Part shown: positions 20,912-34,843 of the stretch, piece after piece
Numbering within the stretch: the first letter of the stretch is position 1
Layout of the letters: each line of letters begins with the position of its first letter
NCBI GenBank assembly: GCA_030141605.1
Contig: JAQGDQ010000756.1
Span: forward strand, 2,435 to 66,434
Source of the DNA: Tubiluchus corallicola
Lineage: Eukaryota; Animalia; Priapulida
Length of the DNA: 64,000 bases
Direction of reading: 5' to 3'
The notes under the pieces: generated by a model
What the model saw: only the letters and a program-made list of their open reading frames with translations
What the model was told of the DNA's origin: nothing
Database searches by the model: none
Made by a program: the position numbers and the translations under genes

Positions 20912-22196
20912 CTGACATATTTGGTATATCGATTAGGAAAATAGTATGACAACTATGATCATTGCAATGTATTGAATGTACAGTTGTCATAGGGAGAACT
21001 GCTTGAGAACTATGAATAAATCAGAAAGAATTAAGAAATGAAAGAATTAAAGAAAAGAACAAATCACTCAGTATGTTTTGTTGATTTTACTGTTATCAAC
21101 TTAAACTCAGAAAAATATAACAAGAAAATTTACAAAGAACTGCCTATAAAGCATGAATTTAAAATATTCTACCTCTGATTAGAAATTTTGAAGTGTGGTA
21201 GTTGCCGCCATTGATTTGAAAATTATGACGTAACTGGGAGACTACGTGGGTTTCCGTAATCTCGCGCTGCTTATTCAGACTTCTGCAGCTTACCCAATGC
21301 TTACACAAAAATATTATAAAATTAGGTATCTATTTTTTTATGTAAAAACTTATACTTTTAGTGAAAATTGACAATGCACTACTTTTCTTCAGGACGAATG
21401 ACGTCATTGGAGGAAGAATGGGCATTGAAAATGGGAGCGTCCAAGCATGAAGTGATGACGACTTTAAAGCGATTTTACTAATTACACCAGGCGCTTATTG
21501 GAGTTTTATTACTAAATCTTTGTAACATTTTATTCTATTCACTCACTGGACAATGCAACTATGTTACAAGTAAGTGCGCTAGCAGAAGTCTTGTAAACCT
21601 AGCACTAGGCCGTAAGTTGCAACATCAGCACATTTAGGAACTCCCACAAACTCAGTGATGCATTGATCTACTTCAGTTTCTAGTGTTTTGCTGGATTCCT
21701 GATTTATAAACCTGTCTTGTGGGATGATTTCTTTTACTTTACAATTTTGCCTGCCCAATGTCTACAATAGATGATGATGATGATGATTGCGAGGGATTTT
21801 AGTTTATTTTATTACTTTAGTGTTCTCTCATTCTGTAAAACCCCCTATTTTGTGCCTTTTAGCTGCATTCATGTATGTATGTCTTGACTTGGCTTCTTTC
21901 TGTCATGCTCTACTGACAGAGCTAGTTTACTGGCCTAGTTGGCAGTCTGTTCTTGGCTAAGAGAGTCATCGTCGTTGTTGTTGTTGTTTGTCTCAGTTAA
22001 ACCATTTATTTGTCAAGAGTAGAAGAGCCATGATGTAAGTTTATTCAGTCTCACTTTATTATTAATTTCTTTGTTTCTTTTTTGGCTCAAATTAGTTTGT
22101 TATATTTTGTTATGATTTTTCTTACAGATAAAATGTAATAAAGCTACTCAAACATGAATTTTTTTACTTTGGGCATCATGAAGTAGTAGTCTTTCA

Positions 22197-22300
22197 CAAT
22201 GATGTGGATGATGATGATGATGATGACGACGACGACGATGATGATGACGACGACGACGATGACAATGATGATGATGATGCTGATGATGATGTCGACGACG
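22197..22300. repeat. (GAT/GAC)n microsatellite
   Basis: Direct inspection. Confidence 0.9.
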
Positions 22301-22628
22301 TAAGATGAATTTAGTGGGATTCGCATCGTTTTTCGTCAGTGATTTTCTTTCATTTGCGAACCATTATTTACTTTGGCTGGCATTAGATGCGCTACAAGAA
22401 ATGCAGATTCTCTTTATTCTGATTTTACTCGCCAGTGAGAATTCAAACAACCATAATAACACGTACATATATTTCGTTGTAAAATGTGTTGCTTGTTGGC
22501 AGGTGTAATTACGTAATTCATGCTTTGTGGAATGTGTCATGGAATCTGTAGTGTTAATTCCTTGTTTGTCAGCTGTTTGGCAGGCTAGCAATTTTTTTCT
22601 TTGTAGCAATAAGTCGAAAACGGGAAAA

Positions 22629-25600
22629 CAAAAGTTTATTTAGCGTAGCCAGTACTCACTAAAACATTTTGCAAGATTAGCAGTTCTAAATCAAAAGCAA
22701 AAGTTTATTTAGCGCAGCCAGTACTCGCTAAAACATTTTACAAGATTAGCAGTTCTAAATCAAAAGCAAAAGTTTATTTAGTGCAGCCAGTACTCGCTAA
22801 AACATTTTACAAAATTAGCAGTTCTAAATCAGAAGCAAAAGTTTATTTAGTGCAGCCAGTACTCGCTAAAACATTTTACAAAACTAGCAGTTCTAAATCA
22901 GAAGCAAAAGTTTATTTAGCGCAGTCAGTACTCGCTAAAACATTTTACAAGATTAGCAGTTCTAAATCAAAAGCAAAAGTTTATTTAGCGCAGCCAGTAC
23001 TCGCTAAAACATTTTACAAGATTAGCAGTTCTAAATCAAAAGCAAAAGTTTATTTAGCGTAGTCAGTACTCGCTAAAACATTTTACAAAATTAGCAGTTC
23101 TGAATCAAAAGCAAAAGTTTATTTAGCGTAGCCAGTACTCGCTAAAACATTTTACAAAATTAGCAGTTCTAAATCAAAAGCAAAAGTTTATTTAGCGTAG
23201 CCAGTACTCGCTAAAACATTTTACAAAATTAGCAGTTCTAAATCAAAAGCAAAAGTTTATTTAGTGTAGCCAGTACTCGCTAAAACATTTTACAAAATTA
23301 GCAGTTCTAAATCAAAAGCAAAAGTTTATTTAGCTTAGCCAGTACTCGCTAAAACATTTTACAAAACTAGCAGTTCTAAATCAGAAGCAAAAGTTTATTT
23401 AGCTTAGCCAGTACTCGCTAAAACATTTTACAAAATTAGCAGTTCTAAATCAAAAGCAAAAGTTCATTTAGCATAGCCAGTACTCACTAAAACATTTTAC
23501 AAGATTAGCAGTTCTGAATCAAAAGCAAAAGCTTATTTAGCGTAGTCAGTACTCGCTAAAACATTTTACAAAATTAGCAGTTCTAAATCAAAAGCAAAAG
23601 TTCATTTAGCATAGCCAGTACTCACTAAAACATTTTACAAGATTAGCAGTTCTGAATCAAAAGCAAAAGCTTATTTAGCGTAGTCAGTACTCGCTAAAAC
23701 ATTTTACAAGATTAGCAGTTCTAAATCAAAAGCAAAAGTTTATTTAGCGCAGCCAGTACTCGCTAAAACATTTTACAAAATTAGCAGTTCTGAATCAAAA
23801 GCAAAAGTTTATTTAGCGTAGTCAGTACTCGCTAAAACATTTTACAAAATTAGCAGTTCTAAATCAAAAGCAAAAGTTTATTTAGCACAGCCAGTACTCG
23901 CTAAAACATTTTACAAGATTAGCAGTTCTAAATCAAAAGCAAAAGTTTATTTAGCGCAGCCAGTACTCGCTAAAACATTTTACAAAATTAGCAGTTCTGA
24001 ATCAAAAGCAAAAGTTTATTTAGCGTAGTCAGTACTCGCTAAAACATTTTACAAAATTAGCAGTTCTAAATCAAAAGCAAAAGTTTATTTAGCGTAGCCA
24101 GTACTCGCTAAAACATTTTACAAAATTAGCAGTTCTAAATCAAAAGCAAAAGTTTATTTAGCGTAGCCAGTACTCGCTAAAACATTTTACAAAATTAGCA
24201 GTTCTAAATCAAAAGCAAAAGTTTATTTAGTGCAGCCAGTACTCGCTAAAACATTTTACAAAACTAGCAGTTCTAAATCAGAAGCAAAAGTTTATTTAGC
24301 TTAGCCAGTACTCGCTAAAACATTTTACAAAACTAGCAGTTCTAAATCAGAAGCAAAAGTTTATTTAGCTTAGCCAGTACTTGCTAAAACATTTTACAAA
24401 ATTAGCAGTTCTAAATCAAAAGCAAAAGTTTATTTAGTGCAGCCAGTACTCGCTAAAACATTTTACAAAATTAGCAGTTCTAAATCAAAAGCAAAAGTTT
24501 ATTTAGTGCAGCCAGTACTCGCTAAAGCATTTTACAAAATTAGCAGTTCTAAATCAAAAGCAAAAGTTTATTTAGCGTAGCCAGTACTCGCTAAAACATT
24601 TTACAAAATTAGCAGTTCTAAATCAAAAGCAAAAGTTTATTTAGTGCAGCCAGTACTCGCTAAAACATTTTACAAAACTAGCAGTTCTAAATCAGAAGCA
24701 AAAGTTTATTTAGCTTAGCCAGTACTCGCTAAAACATTTTACAAAATTAGCAGTTCTAAATCAAAAGCAAAAGTTTATTTAGCGTAGCCAGTACTCGCTA
24801 AAACATTTTACAAAATTAGCAGTTCTAAATCAAAAGCAAAAGTTTATTTAGCTTAGCCAGTACTCGCTAAAACATTTTACAAAACTAGCAGTTCTAAATC
24901 AGAAGCAAAAGTTTATTTAGTGCAGCCAGTACTCGCTAAAACATTTTACAAGATTAGCAGTTCTAAATCAGAAGCAAAAGTTTATTTAGTGCAGCCAGTA
25001 CTCGCTAAAACATTTTACAAAACTAGCAGTTCTAAATCAGAAGCAAAAGTTTATTTAGCATAGCCAGTACTCGCTAAAACATTTTACAAAACTAGCAGTT
25101 CTAAATCAGAAGCAAAAGTTTATTTAGCTTAGCCAGTACTTGCTAAAACATTTTACAAAATTAGCAGTTCTAAATCAAAAGCAAAAGTTTATTTAGTGCA
25201 GCCAGTACTCGCTAAAACATTTTACAAAATTAGCAGTTCTAAATCAAAAGCAAAAGTTTATTTAGTGCAGCCAGTACTCGCTAAAACATTTTACAAAATT
25301 AGCAGTTCTAAATCAAAAGCAAAAGTTTATTTAGCGTAGCCAGTACTCGCTAAAACATTTTACAAAATTAGCAGTTCTAAATCAAAAGCAAAAGTTTATT
25401 TAGTGCAGCCAGTACTCGCTAAAACATTTTACAAAACTAGCAGTTCTAAATCAGAAGCAAAAGTTTATTTAGCTTAGCCAGTACTCGCTAAAACATTTTA
25501 CAAAATTAGCAGTTCTAAATCAAAAGCAAAAGTTTATTTAGCGTAGCCAGTACTCGCTAAAACATTTTACAAAATTAGCAGTTCTAAATCAAAAGCAAAA

Positions 25601-26760
25601 GTTTATTTAGCTTAGCCAGTACTCGCTAAAACATTTTACAAAACTAGCAGTTCTAAATCAGAAGCAAAAGTTTATTTAGCATAGCCAGTACTCGCTAAAA
25701 CATTTTACAAAACTAGCAGTTCTAAATCAGAAGCAAAAGTTTATTTAGCATAGCCAGTACTCGCTAAAACATTTTACAAAACTAGCAGTTCTAAATCAAA
25801 AGCAAAAGTTTATTTAGCGCAGCCAGTACTCGTTAAAACATTTTACAAGACTAGCAGTTCTAAATCAAAGGCAATAGTTTATTTAGTGCAGCCAGTACTC
25901 GCTAAAACATTTTACAAAACTAGCAGTTCTAAATCAAAAGCAAAAGTTTATTTAGCGCAGCCAGTACTCGTTAAAACATTTTACAAGATTAGCAGTTCTG
26001 AATCAAAAGCAAAAGTTTATTTAGCGCAGCCAGTACTCGTTAAAGCACTTTACAAAATTGGCAGTTCTAAATCAAAAGCAAAAGTTTATTTAGTGCAGCC
26101 AGTACTCGCTAAAACATTTTACAAAACTAGCAGTTCTAAATCAGAAGCAAAAGTTTATTTAGCGTAGCCAGTACTCGCTAAAACATTTTACAAAACTAGC
26201 AGTTCTAAATCAAAAGCAAAAGTTTATTTAGCGCAGCCAGTACTCGTTAAAACATTTTACAAAACTAGCAGTTCTAAATCAGAAGCAAAAGTTTATTTAG
26301 CGCAGCCAGTACTCGTTAAAACATTTTACAAAACTAGCAGTTCTAAATCAAAAGCAAAAGTTTATTTAGCGTAGCCAGTACTCGCTAAAACATTTTACAA
26401 GATTAGCAGTTCTAAATCAAAAGCAAAAGTTTATTTAGCGCAGCCAGTACTCGCTAAAACATTTTACAAAATTAGCAGTTCTAAATCAAAAGCAAAAGTT
26501 CATTTAGCGTAGCCAGTACTCACTAAAACATTTTACAAAATTAGCAGTTCTAAATCAAAAGCAAAAGTTTATTTAGTGCAGCCAGTACTCGCTAAAACAT
26601 TTTACAAAACTAGCAGTTCTAAATCAGAAGCAAAAGTTTATTTAGCGTAGCCAGTACTCGTTAAAACATTTTACAAAACTAGCAGTTCTAAATCAAAAGC
26701 AAAAGTTTATTTAGCGCAGCCAGTACTCGTTAAAACATTTTACAAGGTTAGCACTTCTAA
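22629..26760. repeat. 69-bp satellite, ~60 copies (4.1 kb)
   Basis: Unit AAAAGCAAAAGTTTATTTAGCGCAGCCAGTACTCGCTAAAACATTTTACAAAATTAGCAGTTCTAAATC; period 69 (22681 to 22750). Confidence 0.97.
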
Positions 26761-26771
26761 ATTAGAAGGAT

Positions 26772-26980
26772 CCGACATTAGCAATTAACAAAAGTTTTCA
26801 AACAAAATTGCCTAGTCAGAGATCATCGTAGCTGAGTTTATTACTACATACAGCCTAGAAAAAAGGCTAATGTTGTCACTTAAGGATGTGTGTAGGGTGT
26901 AGTGTGGCTTAGCAGATCGATAATTTTGGGAGAGACAGTGACGTTTCTCTAAATGCTGATTGTATGATTGTGAAAACCTG
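26772..26980 (+). repeat. Dispersed repeat, copy 2 (homologue of 292-557)
   Basis: Same blocks as 292-452, plus 'aaatgctgattgtat..tgtgaaaacctg' matching ~528-557. Confidence 0.7.
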
Positions 26981-27152
26981 TAGTGTTCTGTATCTTTCAT
27001 AATCATTGCATGTTTTAATGCTGGAGTTGAATGTTTAATGTCTGTCGTTTTATAAGCAATTAATGCATAGAAAAGAGTTTCTCTGCTGCAGTACCACAAA
27101 TCAAACTCAGGGTTGTTCTAATGTTACTACTTCAGCCCTTTTCTCGTCCAAT

Positions 27153-29758
27153 GTCACAAAGGTGCAGCTTCCAGATTCAGTTCGTTTTAGTAAATTATTT
27201 CCGGATAGATGGCAGCACGGTGCTACACGTTGATTTTAATTCATCAGATTGTACTAAGTTGTACTGGCATCTCGCGTCCGGCAAGCAGAGCCAGTAAGAA
27301 CATCGGTCACAAAGGTGCAGCTTCCGGATTCAGTTCGTCTTAGTAAATTATTTCCGGATAGATGGCAGCACGGTGCAACACGTTGATTTTAATTCATCAG
27401 ATTGTACTAAGTTGTACTGGCGTCTCGCGTCCGGCAAGCAGAGCCAGTAAGAACATCGGTCACAAAGGTGCAGCTTCCGGATTCAGTTCGTTTTAGTAAA
27501 TTATTTCCGGATAGATGGCAGCACGTAGCTACACGTTGATTTTAATTCATCAGATTGTACTGAGTTGTACTGGCATCTCGCGTCCGACAAGCAGAGCCAG
27601 TAAGAACATCGGTCACAAAGGTGCAGCTTCCGGATTCAGTTCGTCTTAGTAAATTATTTCCGGATAGATGGCAGCACGGTGCAACACGTTGATTTTAATT
27701 CATCAGATTGTACTAAGTTGTACTGGCGTCTCGCGTCCGGCAAGCAGAGCCAGTAAGAACATCGGTCACAAAGGTGCAGCTTCCGGATTCAGTTCGTTTT
27801 AGTAAATTATTTCCGGATAGATGGCAGCACGGTGCTACACGTTGATTTTAATTCATCAGATTGTACTGAGTTGTACTGGCATCTCGCGTCCGACAAGCAG
27901 AGCCAGTAAGAACATTGAGCGCAAAGGTGCAGCTTCCAGATTCAGTTCGTCTTAGTAAATTATTTCCGGATAGATGGCAGCACGGTGCTACACGTTGATT
28001 TTAATTCATCAGATTGTACTGAGTTGTACTGGCATCTCGCGTCCGACAAGCAGAGCCAGTAAGAACATTGAGCGCAAAGGTGCAGCTTCCAGATTCAGTT
28101 CGTTTTAGTAAATTATTTCCGGATAGATGGCAGCACGGTGCTACACGTTGATTTTAATTCATCAGACTGTACTAAGTTGTACTGGCATCTCGCGTCCGGC
28201 AAGCAGAGCCAGTAAGAACATTGGTCACAAAGGTGCAGCTTCCGGATTCAGTTCGTTTTAGTAAATTATTTCCGGATAGATGGCAGCACGGTGCTACACG
28301 TTGATTTTAATTCATCAGATTGTACTGAGTTGTACTGGCATCTCGCGTCCGACAAGCAGAGCCAGTAAGAACATTGGTCACAAAGGTACAGCTTCCGGAT
28401 TCAGTTCGTTTTAGTAAATTATTTCCGGATAGATGGCAGCACGGTGCTACACGTTGATTTTAATTCATCAGATTGTACTAAGTTGTACTGGCATCTCGCG
28501 TCCGACAAGCAGAGCCAGTAAGAACATTGAGCGCAAAGGTGCAGCTTCCAGATTCAGTTCGTCTTAGTAAATTATTTCCGGATAGATGGCAGCACGGTGC
28601 TACACGTTGATTTTAATTCATCAGATTGTACTGAGTTGTACTGGCATCTCGCGTCCGACAAGCAGAGCCAGTAAGAACATTGAGCGCAAAGGTGCAGCTT
28701 CCAGATTCAGTTCGTTTTAGTAAATTATTTCCGGATAGATGGCAGCACGGTGCTACACGTTGATTTTAATTCATCAGATTGTACTGAGTTGTACTGGCAT
28801 CTCGCGTCCGACAAACAGAGCCAGTAAGAACATTGAGCGCAAAGGTGCAGCTTCCAGATTCAGTTCGTCTTAGTAAATTATTTCCGGATAGATGGCAGCA
28901 CGGTGCAACACGTTGATTTTAATTCATCAGATTGTACTAAGTTGTACTGGCATCTCGCGTCCGGCAAGCAGAGCCAGTAAGAACATCGGTCACAAAGGTG
29001 CAGCTTCCGGATTCAGTTCGTTTTAGTAAATTATTTCCGGATAGATGGCAGCACGGTGCAACACGTTGATTTTAATTCATCAGATTGTACTAAGTTGTAC
29101 TGGCATCTCGCGTCCGACAAGCAGAGCCAGTAAGAACATTGGTCACAAAGGTACAGCTTCCGGATTCAGTTCGTTTTAGTAAATTATTTCCGGATAGATG
29201 GCAGCACGGTGCTACACGTTGATTTTAATTCATCAGATTGTACTAAGTTGTACTGGCATCTCGCGTCCGACAAGCAGAGCCAGTAAGAACATTGAGCGCA
29301 AAGGTGCAGCTTCCAGATTCAGTTCGTCTTAGTAAATTATTTCCGGATAGATGGCAGCACGGTGCTACACGTTGATTTTAATTCATCAGATGGTACTGAG
29401 TTCTACTGGCATCTCGCTTCCGACAAGCAGAGCCAGTAAGAACATTGGTCACAAAGGTGCAGCTTCCGGATTCAGTTCGTCTTAGTAAATTATTTCCGGA
29501 TAGATGGCAGCACGGTGCTACACGTTGATTTTAATTCATCAGATTGTACTAAGTTGTACTGGCATCTCGCGTCCGGCAAGCAGAGCTAGTAAGAACATTG
29601 AGCGCAAAGGTGCAGCTTCCAGATTCAGTTCGTTTTAGTAAATTATTTCCGGATAGATGGCAGCACGGTGCTACACGTTGATTTTAATTCATCAGACTGT
29701 ACTAAGTTGTACTGGCATCTCGCGTCCGGCAAGCAGAGCTAGTAAGAACATTGAGCGC
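27153..29758. repeat. 153-bp satellite, ~17 copies
   Basis: GTCACAAAGGTGCAGCTTCC recurs at 27153, 27306 and onward; each unit carries CCGGATAGATGGCAGCAC. Confidence 0.97.
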
Positions 29759-30156
29759 TAAGCTGTTATCACCACAGATCAGACTGTACAGGCTTCACTC
29801 TTCTAAACAACTTCCTTCTTTATAATCGACTTATAATTGTACTTTAATGTTGCTTGTTAAGTAAAAATATCGCACGAACGCCCTTTCCTAGGGCATTTTA
29901 CCAAGTTTCATCTGTAGTACGGCAATTTCGCCACCAGAGGCGCAGGCGCACATACATGCTCAATGGCGGCCTAGTCAAATGTTCGTTTTATGTACAATTT
30001 TATCCAAACTTTTACCAAGGATTCTTAAACATGAAATTATCGTAAAGAATGAGGTAAGTATTTGTATTCGTAATATAATCGCGAGTTATTCAAGCTCAAC
30101 TTAATTTTGGTGATATTACCCCTTTAAACTAAGAGTCTCCGGGCAGTAATTCCCTA

Positions 30157-31869
30157 CGCATTTTCATTGACTGCTGAACATCGCCTTGATGACATCAAAT
30201 TAAAATGGCTGAGTGGTTGAAATGCATGTAACGCGCATTCTCATTGGCTGCTGAACTTCGACTTGATGACATTAAATCAAAATGGCTGAATGGTTGAATT
30301 CGGTTGTAAATGCATGTAACGCGCATTCCCATTGGCTGCTGGACTTCCCCTTGACGACGTCAAATTAAAATGGCTGAATGTTTGAACTCGGGTTGTAAAT
30401 GCATGTAACGCGCATTCTCATTGGCTGCTGAACTTCGCCTTGATGACGTCAAATCAAAACGGCTGAATGTTTGAACTCGGGTTGTAAATGCATGTAACGC
30501 GCATTCTCATTGGCTGCTGAACTTCGCCTTGATGACATTAAATTAAAATGGCTGAGTGGTTGAATTCGGTTGTAAATGCATGTAACGCGCATTCCCATTG
30601 ACTGCTGAACATCGCCTTGATGACGTCAAATTAAAATGGCTGAATGTTTGAACTCGGGTTGTAAATGCATGTAACGCGCATTCTCATTGGCTGCTGAACT
30701 TCGCCTTGATGACGTCAAATCAAAACGGCTGAATGTTTGAACTCGGGTTGTAAATGCATGTAACGCGCATTCTCATTGGCTGCTGAACTTCGCCTTGATG
30801 ACATTAAATCAAAATGGCTGAATGGTTGAATTCGGTTGTAAATGCATGTAACGCGCATTCCCATTGGCTGCTGGACTTCCCCTTGACGACGTCAAATTAA
30901 AATGGCTGAATGTTTGAACTCGGGTTGTAAATGCATGTAACGCGCATTCTCATTGGCTGCTGAACTTCGCCTTGATGACGTCAAATTAAAATGGCTGAGT
31001 GGTTGAACGCATTCTCATTGGCTGCTGAACATCGCCTTGATGACATCAAATTAAAATGGCAGAGTGAATTCGGTTGTAAATGCATGTAACGCGCATTCTC
31101 ATTGGCTGCTGAACTTCCCCTTGATGACGTCAAATTAAAATGGCTGAATGTTTGAACTCGGGTTGTAAATGCATGTAACGCGCATTCTCATTGGCTGCTG
31201 AACTTCGCCTTGATGACGTCAAATCAAAATGGCTGAATGTTTGAACTCGGGTTGTAAATGCATGTAACGCGCATTCTCATTGGCTGCTGAACTTCGCCTT
31301 GATGACATTAAATCAAAATGGCTGAATGGTTGAATTCGGGTTGTAAATGCATGTAACGCGCATTCTCATTGGCTGCTGGACTTCGCCTTGACGACGTCAA
31401 ATCAAAATGGCTGAATGTTTGAACTCGGGTTGTAAATGCATGTAACGCGCATTCTCATTGACTGCTGGACTTCGCCTTGATGACGTCAAATCAAAATGGC
31501 TGAATGTTTGAACTCGGGTTGTAAATGCATGTAACGCGCATTCTCATTGGCTGCTGGACTTCGCCTTGACGACGTCAAATCAAAATGGCTGAGTGTTTGA
31601 ACTCGGGTTGTAAATGCATGTAACGCGCATTCTCATTGGCTACTGAACTTCGCCTTGACTTTGTCAAATCAAAATGGCTGAGTGTTTGAACTCGGGTTGT
31701 AAATGCATGTAACGCGCATTCTCATTGGCTGCTGAACTTCGCCTTGATGACGTCAAATTAAAATGGCTGAGTGGTTGAATGCATTCTCATTGGCTGCTGA
31801 ACTTCGCCTTGATGACGTCAAATTAAAATGGCTGAATCTTTGAACTCGGGTTGTAAATGCATGTAACGC
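30157..31869. repeat. 89-bp satellite, ~20 copies (some internally deleted)
   Basis: GCGCATT recurs at 30321, 30410 and 30499; units contain ATTGG and mostly TGACGTCA/CGACGTCA. Confidence 0.95.
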
Positions 31870-32302
31870 AGTTGCATTAGTCCGAATTTTTAGAAGTTCT
31901 GTGAAAGTTTCTTTATTTTAAGGCAGAAAAACAACCACGTTGGTTTTCCTCAAAAAGTTCAACGAAGACAAACATCAACATCCATCACCAAAGCTGAGCT
32001 TGAAGAAGAAGCTCTCTACAAATGTTAGAAGGAAAGAATGTTGTTGTTTCATGAGATTATTTTAACATTGATAACGTTAATAAGAAACCTCGCTTAGTGT
32101 CTGAGCATGCTGCTTGATTTACCTGACTTCTGATAAACCCAAACACTAGGAGTGCTGTGTACCACAACAACTAAACTCTTCTATACATTCAATTAATGAT
32201 CTTTCTTGGTGTGCGTTATGTAAAATACGTGTAGCATTCATCAAGTGCTTTTATCAGTTTTGTTACATTTTTTGCTTTATTTAGATAATTCTACTTAATT
32301 AA

Positions 32303-32824
32303 AGGAAAACCGGATGATTGTGTCAACGTGAGTTCAAAATAAAGAATGCTGTAAAATATTGAAAACTACAATAGCTTTTTTAAATCAAAGCTTAGGTTAA
32401 ATAATAATTACCTCGGATACTCAAATTTCGTTAAACTTGCGGCTCAGTGAATCTACTAAGATTGGCAATGACGTCTTTTTCTTACATTCGCATGGCCAAC
32501 AAATAGAAGGTGGTAACCATGTTCAAGAACTGCAGTGTTAGTTTCTGATATCATATGACGTAGAGCCCATTTTCGTGACGTCATGCGTTTGAGCTGTAAT
32601 ACTTGCGCAAATGTGCTTGACGCGCAAGGGAAGATACCTATCATTGCACAAACTGTGGTACGTTTGTGACGTAAGCAATAGCTGTGTTCGGTTAGCGTTA
32701 ATTAACTTTCTAAGCTAATTATTCAAATATATGAAACAATTGCTAACTTTTATAGTCAAGAAAATGTATATTTTGTACAGTAAATTAAAATGACATTGAG
32801 TCTAAACAATCGTCCGGTCTTCCT
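32303..32824. mobile_element. Kolobok-like MITE with TTAA target-site duplication
   Basis: TTAA|AGGAAAACCGGATGATTG ... CAATCGTCCGGTCTTCCT|TTAA (18-bp TIR, 2 mismatches). Confidence 0.85.
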
Positions 32825-33311
32825 TTAATAGTAAAATTACAGAGACTCGTATTTCTCCACGTGTCACAAGTGTTCCAACATTTTCCTGACTCTCTTACAT
32901 TGAACACAACCAGTTACAGTAGCCTGCATTGAACGCGCATGTGTATAATTCGCAATTCTCAAGAGCTAGCCAACATTCGTGCACACGATACGTCGCAAAT
33001 GCTGCTGTTTGCCTCCACAATCTGATCGGTAAAGTTATGACGCTGGTCGTTGCTTAGAAACAAGTTTTCGTTAAATTGTGAGTATAATTAGATTACTTAA
33101 CACTGTTTAAAAAAGTAAGTTATGTGAACTATTGATAATATTACGTGAAAAAATGGCGGCAGGTGCCATGCACAAATTAATATTTTTGTTAAGTAATTGT
33201 TTGTGATTCGTGTTACATGGCTTCAGCAGCTGCGTGGTGTCGTGTGCGTTCCATCAAGAAGAAAAATAGGTCAACTGATCACGAAATTTTAGATAATGTG
33301 GATAAAAGCTT

Positions 33312-33617
33312 ACTGCTTTTGGTGGTAGTGGTGCAGTGAAGGTATAAATGCTGGTGTTGCTTTTGGTGGTAGTGGTGCAGTGAAGGTGGAAATGCTGGTG
33401 TTGCTTTTTATGGTAGTGGTGCAGTGAAGGTGGAAATGCTGGTGTTGCTTTTGTTTTGTTGATGATGATGATGTTGTTGCTGTTGCTGTGGAGGTGGCAG
33501 TGGCGGCAGGGGGTAGCGGTGGTTGTTGTTGCTGTTGCTGCTGCTGCTGCTGCTTCCGCTGTTGCTGTGACAGAAACAGCAATAGCAATAGCAATAGTTG
33601 TTGTTCTTGTTGTTGTA

Positions 33618-33652
<35 letters not shown>

Positions 33653-33762
33653 TGCTGCTGTTGTTTCTGCTGCTGTGTTGCTGTTGCTGTGACTGTTGCT
33701 GTGACAGAAATAGCAATAGTTGTTGTAGTTGTTGTTATTGTTGTTGCTGCTGCTGTGGCTGT

Positions 33763-33799
<37 letters not shown>

Positions 33800-33812
33800 A
33801 CTGTGTTGCTGC
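33312..33812. repeat. Short tandem repeat (3 copies) followed by (GTT/GCT)n simple sequence
   Basis: ggtagtggtgcagtgaaggtggaaatgctggtgttgctttt repeats, then trinucleotide runs. Confidence 0.85.
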
Positions 33813-34344
33813 AGAAACTTCTAGTTTTGCTTCTACTACACTCCCAGCCTCTCTACTTTTGCTGTTATTTTTTCAGTGCTAATTTTGCACATGTTTCATC
33901 ACGCCAAACCTTTTAAACCTTGTACTAGGTTTTCATGGTAACAGGTCCCATCTGGCTCCAGCACTTGGCTTCTTCGCTGCATCGTTCTGAGACTGTCACG
34001 AAAATCAGTGTCACGTCCCTACAGCAAACAAATCACCCGATTTCGGTTACTTGGTCAAGTTGTCACTGCCTAGTTAACCAATTTCTCGATAATTCGCAAA
34101 CGCGGCGGTGCGCCCTGTAAATCGGGTTATCACAAGCTGTCTTGATCCCGTTTACCATCTCGGAAGATGTCAGCCGCTGTGTGGCAGCACTAATTCACTT
34201 AATGATGCTTCAGTGATAGACATCAGTGCTTGTCTTACATAAGTATGCAGATTAGAGGAAGCCAGTTTACTAGTGGCCTAGAAACGAGGTTATTAAATTT
34301 CAGAAAAAAAGACGCAGGGTAGAACATAGGAAGGAAATATGAAA

Positions 34345-34548
34345 ACATCCTAGGCCTGGATTCGAACCAGCAACCTTTTGATCACATTCAGTGTCCTGAC
34401 GTCTCGTCCTATTGTTAACTAAATGACAATCCTACTAGTTTTCTAACATTTGAATTAAAGTACGATATTCTCACGTGAAGCTGTGTAGTTTAATAGTCAT
34501 GGCGTATGATGTGTAATTCAGAGATCCTTGGTTCAAGTCCGACTTTTG
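34345..34548. other. Two divergently oriented degenerate tRNA-like (SINE head) segments
   Basis: Minus-strand B-box-like GGTTCGAATCC at ~34358-34368 and plus-strand TAGTTTAATAG...GGTTCAAGTCC at ~34486-34540; no intact cloverleaf. Confidence 0.4.
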
Positions 34549-34843
34549 CACATTTCTTTCTCTTCGATTTAGCTTTTTCCATCTTTCGATTCCAAATACT
34601 GATTTTGAAATTATAATTATAATTAATGATTTCTTAGTCTTCACATTGTCTTCACATTGTCTTCACATTGTCTTCACATTGTCTGAATGAGGGAATGAAA
34701 CGTTTTGCTTAAAGGAAAAGCAGACGATTGATTAGACTCTATCACATTTTAATTTACTATCCAAAATATACGCTTTGTTACCTATAAAAGTTAGCAATTG
34801 TTTCTAATATTTTAATCATTACCTTGAAAACAAACAAACCAGT

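Noticed and set aside
29929-29943. GCCACCAGAGGCGC as a strong CTCF site
   Set aside because: One G short of the consensus spacing (CCACCAGAGGGCGC); a single imperfect hit is not informative.
22629-31869. Regularly spaced repeats as CRISPR arrays
   Set aside because: The units are head-to-tail with no unique spacers, there are no cas genes, and the context is eukaryotic.
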